Part shown: positions 57,848 through 64,000 of the stretch, piece by piece | Layout of the letters: each line of letters opens with the position of its first letter | Position numbering within the stretch: position 1 is the stretch's first letter | Origin: Rhodospirillaceae bacterium | Lineage (GTDB): Bacteria > Pseudomonadota > Alphaproteobacteria > Rhodospirillales > UBA2165 | Reading direction: 5' to 3' | Assembly: GCA_018674495.1 (NCBI GenBank) | Contig: JABHAA010000147.1 | Coordinates: 24,111-88,110, forward strand | DNA length: 64,000 bases | Notes under the pieces: model-generated | Databases searched by the model: none | Told to the model about the DNA's origin: nothing | The model's input: the letters and a program-made list of their open reading frames with translations, nothing else | Made by a program: the position numbers and the translations under genes

Positions 57848-59494
57848 ATGGCACAGCAAATCAGCATTCTCGATCCACGCGGCTATCCGCCCAAGGTGGT
57901 CGGCAAGCAACTGGCGCCGCGGCTCGACAGCCTCGACGGCAAATCGGTCTATCTGGTCGATTGCCTGTTCGACAATTCGGAAATCTTCATGGACGAGATG
58001 CGGGATTGGTTCGCCGCCAATATGCCCCAGGTAAACACCAAAATCATCAAGCCGCGCGAAAGCTGGGTCGATGATCCGGACATGCGCGCCTCTATCGAGG
58101 CCGACGGCGATGCCGCCATTCTCGGCGTTGGCTTGTGAAGCACCTGCAGCCCGACGGTCGTCGGGCTCGCAACCTCACTGGAACAAGCCGGCGTTCCCAC
58201 AATCGCCGTGCATACCCATGTGTTCGAGCGCCTCGCCAAGATGACGGCACGCACGGCTGGCATGCCGACCACGCGCCAAGCGTTCGTGCCGCAGCCCATC
58301 GTCGGTAAGAACGCCGCCGAGCTGCGCGCCTATATCAAAGGCAACGATCCGGTTTCCCTGCGACCCTTCGTCCAGGAAGTCATCGAAGGTTTGACCGGGC
58401 CGCTTTCCGAAGACGATATCCAAGGCCTGTCGTTCGAGCGGTCCACGCCGCGCCTGTTAGAACCCGATACCGAAGACAATCTGCATCAATTGTTCCTCGA
58501 TAACCGCTGGACCGATACGCTGCCAATCGTCCTGCCGACCGAGGAACGCATCGAGGCCATGCTGAGAGGCACCAGCCACGATCCGGCGGAAGTTGTCGCC
58601 AACCTCCGGCCCGCCCAGTTTCGCGAATTTTGGGCGATTACGGTGGAAAAAGTGGCGGTCAACGCGGTGATGGCCGGCGCCAAGCCGGAACATCTGCCGG
58701 TGATTCTCGCCTTGGTGGCGAGCGGCATCACGGCGCGCTCTTCCAGCACAACGTCGTTTTCCACCCTGGCGGTGATCAACGGCCCGATCCGGGGCGAGAT
58801 CGGCATGAACGACGGTATCGGCGCGCTTGGCCCCTACAATCACGCTAACACGGCCATCGGCCGCGCCTACGCGCTGGCTTGCCAAAATGGCCAGGGCGGG
58901 TCGGTGCCCGGCGAAACCTATATGGGCTCCATCGGCAATGGGCTTTCCTATTCATCCGTTTTCCCGGAAGCCGAGGAACGCAGCCCCTGGGCGCCCCTGC
59001 ACGAGCAACACGGCTTCAACGCCGGCGACAGCACCGCCGCTGTATTTTTGGGCGGCTGGTACAAGCAGTCCTATTACGGCCCGCGCGAGCACTGGCAAGA
59101 AAGGTTCCGGCGCTGCCTGACGGCGAGCGAAGTCTATTGCCCGCCGCTGATCGTGATGGACCCGACCGCCGCCAGGGCTTTCGTCCAACTCGGCTTCGAC
59201 AACAAGGAAAAGCTTATCGAATGGTGCTCTGAAAACGCCAAGGTGCCGGCCCGGGAATATTGGGACGACCAATTTGCCAACACCTTGCACAAACCCTGGG
59301 CGGTCGCCGGGATCGAGCCTTATGCCAGCCGCTTTAAGGCGGCGCCCGATGAGATGATCTCCGCATTCGCGCCCGAAGACATCCACATCGTGGTCACCGG
59401 CGGTGAAAGCCAGCCCGCATGTTTTATGTTTGGCGGCTTGTTCCGCGGCAAAGACGGCCCCAATCAGCCCATGTCGATCGACGCATGGCGATAA
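57848..59494 (+). CDS. Candidate selenoprotein: N-terminal U-x-x-C domain (in-frame UGA at 58136..58138) continuous with a ~370-aa domain of unknown function
   Basis: ATG 57848 and track ORF 58208..59494 are in the same frame. TGA 58136 is the only stop between them. Motif AILGVGL-U-STCSPTVVGLATSLEQAGVPTIAV. A perfect hairpin lies 9 nt downstream. There is no Shine-Dalgarno sequence before GTG 58208. Confidence 0.75.
58148..58167 (+). promoter_or_regulatory. Candidate bacterial SECIS element
   Basis: AGCCCGAC-GGUC-GUCGGGCU forms 8 perfect base pairs with a GGUC tetraloop. The loop G and U fall at +22/+23 from the U of UGA. No U-tract follows it, and it lies inside an open reading frame. Confidence 0.7.
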
Positions 59495-59531
59495 GGCATG
59501 ATCCAATAGGCGTCGTTATATAAGATTGTGT

Positions 59532-60224
59532 CTATTCCTGGTGCTCGTCGAGGGCATATCCGGCACCACGGACTGTGCGAATTACTTCCTTGCGGCCATC
59601 AGTATTCAGCGCCCGGCGCAAACGGCGAATGTGGACATCGACCGTGCGCGGTTCGACAAAAATTTCACCGCCCCAAACACGGCTGAGCAATCGTTCCCTA
59701 GAATAGACCCGGCCAGGATGTTCCAATAGCGCCTCTAGTATCTTGAACGACGTGGGCCCAAGACTAACAACGCCGCCGTCGCGGGTGACTTTATGCGTTT
59801 CCTTGTTCAAGACAATTCCCGCATATTCGAAGAGTTGGTTGGCTGAATTTGGGCTGGCCCGCCGGAGCAACGCTTTCACTCTGGCGACCATCTCACGCGG
59901 CGAATAGGGTTTGATCACATAGTCGTCGGCGCCAGCCTCTAGGCCCAGAACACGGTCTCCTTCCTCACCACGCGCCGTCAGCATAATGATTGGTAAACCT
60001 TGGGTCTCGGGTTTGGCGCGAAGCTGGCGGCAAACGTCAATGCCCGAACGTTCGGGCAGCATCCAGTCCACGATTATCAGATCCGGCACCTCGACACCGA
60101 TCCGCCCAATGGCCTCTTCGCCGGTGGTGGCGAGGATGGTACGAAACCCATCACTTTCTAGATTGTAACGGAGCATTTCCGCCTGCGGAATCTCGTCTTC
60201 AATAATAAGTATCAGAAATGACAT
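59532..60224 (-). CDS. phoB: Phosphate-regulon response regulator PhoB
   Basis: OmpR-family receiver plus winged helix (RTVDVHIRRLRRAL). Sits immediately downstream of pstB. Confidence 0.85.
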   Translation of the reverse strand: MSFLILIIEDEIPQAEMLRYNLESDGFRTILATTGEEAIGRIGVEVPDLIIVDWMLPERSGIDVCRQLRAKPETQGLPIIMLTARGEEGDRVLGLEAGADDYVIKPYSPREMVARVKALLRRASPNSANQLFEYAGIVLNKETHKVTRDGGVVSLGPTSFKILEALLEHPGRVYSRERLLSRVWGGEIFVEPRTVDVHIRRLRRALNTDGRKEVIRTVRGAGYALDEHQE

Positions 60225-60241
60225 GACTTAGCCGGTCGGTC

Positions 60242-61084
60242 CTATCCTATGCGCCCCGTAACGTAATCTCTGGTCCGTTCATCCTGGGGATCGGAGAATA
60301 CCGTTTCCGTATCGCCTTTCTCTACGAGCCGACCAAGGTGGAAATAGGCGGTCTTGTTAGAAAGACGGGCAGCCTGCTGCATGGAGTGGGTGACAATAAC
60401 GATGGTGTAATGCTCCTTCAACTCCGTGATTAGCTCTTCTATGCGCGCGGTGGCAATCGGGTCCAGAGCAGAACATGGCTCATCCATTAAAATCACCTCG
60501 GGCTCGACGGCGATGGCGCGGGCTATACACAGGCGTTGCTGTTGCCCTCCGGATAGGCTGGTGCCCGGTGCCCGCAGGCGGTCCTTCACTTCATCCAGCA
60601 ATCCGGCCCGGTCCAAGCTTCTAAGGACGATAGCGTCACGTTGATCACTATTTTCATACATGCCGTGGATTGTTGGCCCATAGGCGACATTGTCATAGAT
60701 GGATTTCGGAAACGGATTAGGTTTTTGGAAGACCATACCGACCCGGGTCCGAAGGTGAACAGCGTCCTGGCCTATCGCGTAGATATTGTCACCATCCAGC
60801 GTCACCTTTCCTTCGATACGGCATCCCTGAACGACATCATTCATACGATTAAGGCAGCGGATAAATGTCGATTTTCCGCACCCGGACGGCCCGATCAGAG
60901 CGGTCACTCTGTTCGGTTCTATGTCCAAATTGATATCGTGCAGGGCCGGCTTGTCGCCGTAAAATACAGTCAGGTTCTCGGTAGCGATTTTCGGCGCCCC
61001 GTGTCCTGCGTCGAGGACGAGGATGTTGGTGGGCATTTGCGGGGGAATTTCCATTGCGGAAACAGGCATATCAGGTCTCTCCAT
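60242..61084 (-). CDS. pstB: Phosphate ABC transporter ATP-binding protein PstB
   Basis: Walker [10 protein letters not shown], signature [14 protein letters not shown], Walker [13 protein letters not shown]. Confidence 0.9.
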   Translation of the reverse strand: MERPDMPVSAMEIPPQMPTNILVLDAGHGAPKIATENLTVFYGDKPALHDINLDIEPNRVTALIGPSGCGKSTFIRCLNRMNDVVQGCRIEGKVTLDGDNIYAIGQDAVHLRTRVGMVFQKPNPFPKSIYDNVAYGPTIHGMYENSDQRDAIVLRSLDRAGLLDEVKDRLRAPGTSLSGGQQQRLCIARAIAVEPEVILMDEPCSALDPIATARIEELITELKEHYTIVIVTHSMQQAARLSNKTAYFHLGRLVEKGDTETVFSDPQDERTRDYVTGRIG

Positions 61085-62331
61085 TACCAGCGAATTTCAT
61101 ATTTCTTGCGCAGCAGTACGGCGGCCAGGTTCATGAGAATTGTGAGCAACAGCAAAACAAGGATCGCGGCCGCAGTGCGTTCCTCAAAGGCCCGTTCCGG
61201 ACTATCGGCCCAAAGAAATACCTGGACCGGTAGCGCCGTTGCCGGGGATAGGATAGTGCTCGGCAAATCGACGACGAAGGCGACCATGCCGATCATCAAC
61301 AACGGCGCGGATTCTCCGAGCGCCCGCGCGGTGCCAATTATAGTGCCGGTCAACACACCCGGCATGGCGAGCGGCAGGACATGATGGAAAACCGCTTGCA
61401 GAGGGCTGGCACCGATAGCCAGCGCGGCCTCGCGGACCGACGGGGGGACCCCGTTGAGCGCTACGCGCCCAGCAATGATGATGGTCGGCAGGGTCATTAG
61501 CGCCAATACCATGCCGCCAACCAACGGCGCAGAGCGAGGCAGGTTGAAGACATTCAGAAACACCGCCAATCCCAATAGACCAAAGACGATCGACGGTACC
61601 GCCGCCAGGTTGTTGATGTTGACCTCTATGAATTCAGTCCAGCGGCCGCGAGGTGCGAACTCCTCCAAATACACCGCTGTCAGAACGCCGAGTGGGAAGG
61701 ACAGCACGAGACACACCAGGAGGCTGAGGAGCGTACCTAAAGTGGCCACAGCGATCCCGGCCAATTCCGGCTCGCGGGAATCGCCGGAGGTAAAGAACGC
61801 CCAATTAAACTGCGTTCTGATCCGCCCTTCGTTTTCAAGACGTTCAATCCAGCGCAATTGCTGATCGGTAACGCGCCGCAGCTCCGCCGGCCCGTCACGG
61901 GCAATTCGGCCTTTGATGACCATATCCACATCATCCGACGCCGGGAACCACGCGGAAATTTTCTTGCCGCTTAAATCTGGCTCCGCCTCAATCCTGGCAT
62001 TGAGCTGATATGTTGCGCCGGAGCTGACCAGGGCATACAGCTGGCGTTTGTGGCGGCGAGATTTGACCTCGGGGAAGATATCCCGAAGCGCCTGTTTCAC
62101 CATTCCCTGATAGTTATCGCTTCCCTGCAGTACGGCAATATCCAACTGGATGAATGTCTGTTTGAATGCACCGAACCCTGAAATCAAGACCACCCCGAAC
62201 AGCACGGTTAGGAATATCAAGCCGACGCTGACGGCAGCGAAACCCAGCCGACGAAATCGTCTTTCTGCGCGGTAGCGTTTTTTGCGTAAGGACGCCATGC
62301 GGCGTGATTTGCTTTCCATCGTCTCAGTCAT
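61084..62331 (-). CDS. pstA: Phosphate ABC transporter permease PstA (long N-terminal form)
   Basis: Multi-TM permease with an EAA-like loop ([12 protein letters not shown]). Position between pstC and pstB. Confidence 0.85.
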   Translation of the reverse strand: MTETMESKSRRMASLRKKRYRAERRFRRLGFAAVSVGLIFLTVLFGVVLISGFGAFKQTFIQLDIAVLQGSDNYQGMVKQALRDIFPEVKSRRHKRQLYALVSSGATYQLNARIEAEPDLSGKKISAWFPASDDVDMVIKGRIARDGPAELRRVTDQQLRWIERLENEGRIRTQFNWAFFTSGDSREPELAGIAVATLGTLLSLLVCLVLSFPLGVLTAVYLEEFAPRGRWTEFIEVNINNLAAVPSIVFGLLGLAVFLNVFNLPRSAPLVGGMVLALMTLPTIIIAGRVALNGVPPSVREAALAIGASPLQAVFHHVLPLAMPGVLTGTIIGTARALGESAPLLMIGMVAFVVDLPSTILSPATALPVQVFLWADSPERAFEERTAAAILVLLLLTILMNLAAVLLRKKYEIRW

Positions 62332-63319
62332 ATTGTTCCCGATATTTCTTGACGATTCGTTGCGCGATTACGTTCAACACCAGTGTCACCATAAATAACA
62401 GGAGCCCGAGCGCGAACGCCGACAGTGTCTTGGCGCTATCAAATTGCTGGTCGCCGGTTAGCATGGTGACGATCTGTACGGTGACCGTGGTCACCGCCTC
62501 CAGCGGGTTCAAAGTTAGATTAGCGGTCAACCCGGCGGCCATGACAACGATCATGGTTTCCCCGATCACCCGCGACACTGCCAGAAGCATACCGCCAGCT
62601 ATACCCGGCAGGGCGGCGGGCAGGACCACTTGGCGGATCATTTCAGAACGCGTTGCACCCATCGCCAGCGCCCCTTCCTTGAGCGTGCTGGGCACGGCGG
62701 TGATCGCATCGTCGGTGATCGACGACACGAATGGGATGGTCATTACCCCCATCACAAGCCCAGCGGCGAGCGCGCTCTCCGATGACACATCCAATCCGAT
62801 GGTTTCACCGCCGTGGCGCAATAACGGGGCCACGAATAAAGCCGCGAAAAAGCCGTAAACAACCGTCGGAATTCCCGCCAGTACTTCGAGCAACGGCTTG
62901 ATTACGGCGCGAAAGCTGGGCCTTGCATATTCGACCAAATATATCGCGGCGTACAAGCCCACCGGCCCGGATACGGTTAACGCGATGGCACTGATAAGTA
63001 GGGTTCCGGCTAAAAGGGGGATCACGCCAAAGGCGCCGGAAGAGCCAACCTGGTCGGTGCGAATTGCCGTCTGCGGCGACCAGTGCATGCCAAATAGAAA
63101 ATCCGAAACCGGCACGATTTGGAAGAACTGAATTGATTCGAATACCAGCGACAATACGATACCGATGGTCGTCAAAACCGCGACCGTGGAACAGGCGATC
63201 AGTACTCCCATCACCAGGCGCCCCGCAATCACGCGCCGTAACGGCGTCGATCTCATCGGCCTTCGGCCGAGATCGACGCCGCCCAGTTGGGGAGGCTCGT
63301 TACATAGAGACACTGGCAA
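62324..63319 (-). CDS. pstC: Phosphate ABC transporter permease PstC
   Basis: Multi-TM permease with an EAA loop (EGALAMGATRSE). Position between pstS and pstA. Confidence 0.85.
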   Translation of the reverse strand: MPVSLCNEPPQLGGVDLGRRPMRSTPLRRVIAGRLVMGVLIACSTVAVLTTIGIVLSLVFESIQFFQIVPVSDFLFGMHWSPQTAIRTDQVGSSGAFGVIPLLAGTLLISAIALTVSGPVGLYAAIYLVEYARPSFRAVIKPLLEVLAGIPTVVYGFFAALFVAPLLRHGGETIGLDVSSESALAAGLVMGVMTIPFVSSITDDAITAVPSTLKEGALAMGATRSEMIRQVVLPAALPGIAGGMLLAVSRVIGETMIVVMAAGLTANLTLNPLEAVTTVTVQIVTMLTGDQQFDSAKTLSAFALGLLLFMVTLVLNVIAQRIVKKYREQYD

Positions 63320-64000
63320 GGCTCTTCACTTTCCTGTTCCAAATTGCCCGTTCTTCCGAGGACATGGTAATCAACCCCTTGTCCACCAAATAGCCGTCTT
63401 CGCCCCAGGCCTTGTTGCTGGTGAATTCGGCCAGGAAACCCTTGATACCGGGGATTAGGTTGATGTGATCTTTCTTGACGTAAAGGAATAACGGTCGGGA
63501 AACCGGATATTTTCCATCAGCAATATTCTCAAAACTTGGTTTGCGGTTATTGATGATGCTGCCTTGAACCCGATCCGTGTTCTGGTCCAAGAAGCTGTAG
63601 CCGAAGATACCGAGCGCTTTCGGGTTGGCCCCCAACTTTTGAACGATCAGGTTGTCGTTTTCGCCGGCTTCGACGAAGGCGCCATCCTCGCGGATGGTGT
63701 GACAAAGGGCCTTGTAAGCTCTCTTACTTTTTTTCTTCATCGCCTTGATCCAATTGAAGGTCTTGCAACCGCCCTCCATGGCCAATTCGACGAAGGCATC
63801 CCGGGTGCCGGACGTCGGAGGCGGACCCAGAACTTCGATCCTGGACGCGGGAAGCGACGCATCAACGTCATTCCAAGTTTTGTAAGGATTAGGCTTCGTC
63901 GTTCCATCGCCGGCGGGAACGTTCTTAGCCAAGCCCAGGAATATACTCCTTAAGCTGAGATCAAAAAGTGGCGCTTTTCTAGAATTGGCCAGAACGATCC
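63300..64000 (-). CDS. pstS: Phosphate-binding protein PstS-family, 5' end beyond the window
   Basis: I checked by hand that the frame stays open up to base 64000. Position upstream of pstC. The TTG start in the track (63932) is probably internal. Confidence 0.8.
   Translation of the reverse strand, partial: IVLANSRKAPLFDLSLRSIFLGLAKNVPAGDGTTKPNPYKTWNDVDASLPASRIEVLGPPPTSGTRDAFVELAMEGGCKTFNWIKAMKKKSKRAYKALCHTIREDGAFVEAGENDNLIVQKLGANPKALGIFGYSFLDQNTDRVQGSIINNRKPSFENIADGKYPVSRPLFLYVKKDHINLIPGIKGFLAEFTSNKAWGEDGYLVDKGLITMSSEERAIWNRKVKSLASVSM

Noticed and set aside
58148-58167. Hairpin after TGA 58136 read as an intrinsic terminator ending a 96-aa protein
   Set aside because: No U-tract follows the stem. 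The reading frame stays open for 69 nt into the next ORF in the same frame. The downstream GTG lacks an RBS. The loop (GGUC) and its spacing from UGA fit a SECIS better. The readthrough model is preferred but unproven.

Overview
GC-rich chromosomal segment that looks alphaproteobacterial. This rests on gene content and order (ppx-rlmE-guaB-rsmB-GNAT-guaA, an ATM1-type exporter, a DUF2336-like protein, pstSCAB-phoB), not on any database search. I call about 60 protein genes and one tRNA-Gln(CUG). There is no rRNA, CRISPR array, IS element or prophage. Bases 1-28,000 are mostly housekeeping genes, apart from a tandem pair of orphan solute-binding proteins, a co-transcribed GNAT/deacetylase pair and an unusual multi-sensor chemoreceptor. 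Bases 28,000-59,500 are accessory and catabolic: two molybdo-hydroxylase loci, TauD-like dioxygenases, a CoA-transferase, a second LeuCD-like pair, a sulfotransferase/APS-kinase cluster, and a 3-hydroxyanthranilate dioxygenase-RidA-UbiD-SDR operon. The strongest result is two genes that the six-frame track splits at in-frame TGA codons. Each TGA sits in a redox motif and is followed by a hairpin, so both are probably unannotated selenoproteins. The first is an iodothyronine-deiodinase-family protein (FGSYT-U-PPF, 28498..29172, minus strand). The second is a 548-codon protein (57848..59494) with a GVGL-U-STC motif and a perfect 8-bp hairpin with a GGUC loop 9 nt after the UGA. It is the last gene of the HAO-RidA-UbiD-SDR operon. 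Other items worth follow-up: a soluble chemoreceptor with a Vitreoscilla/flavohaemoglobin-type globin plus three 363-bp tandem PAS repeats; a two-component system divergent from a secreted EF-hand protein with Gly-Met-His repeats; a MoaD-like Gly-Gly protein inside a molybdo-hydroxylase operon; and a eukaryote-type sulfotransferase clustered with cysC. All functional calls come from motifs read by eye. No database or folding computation was run.
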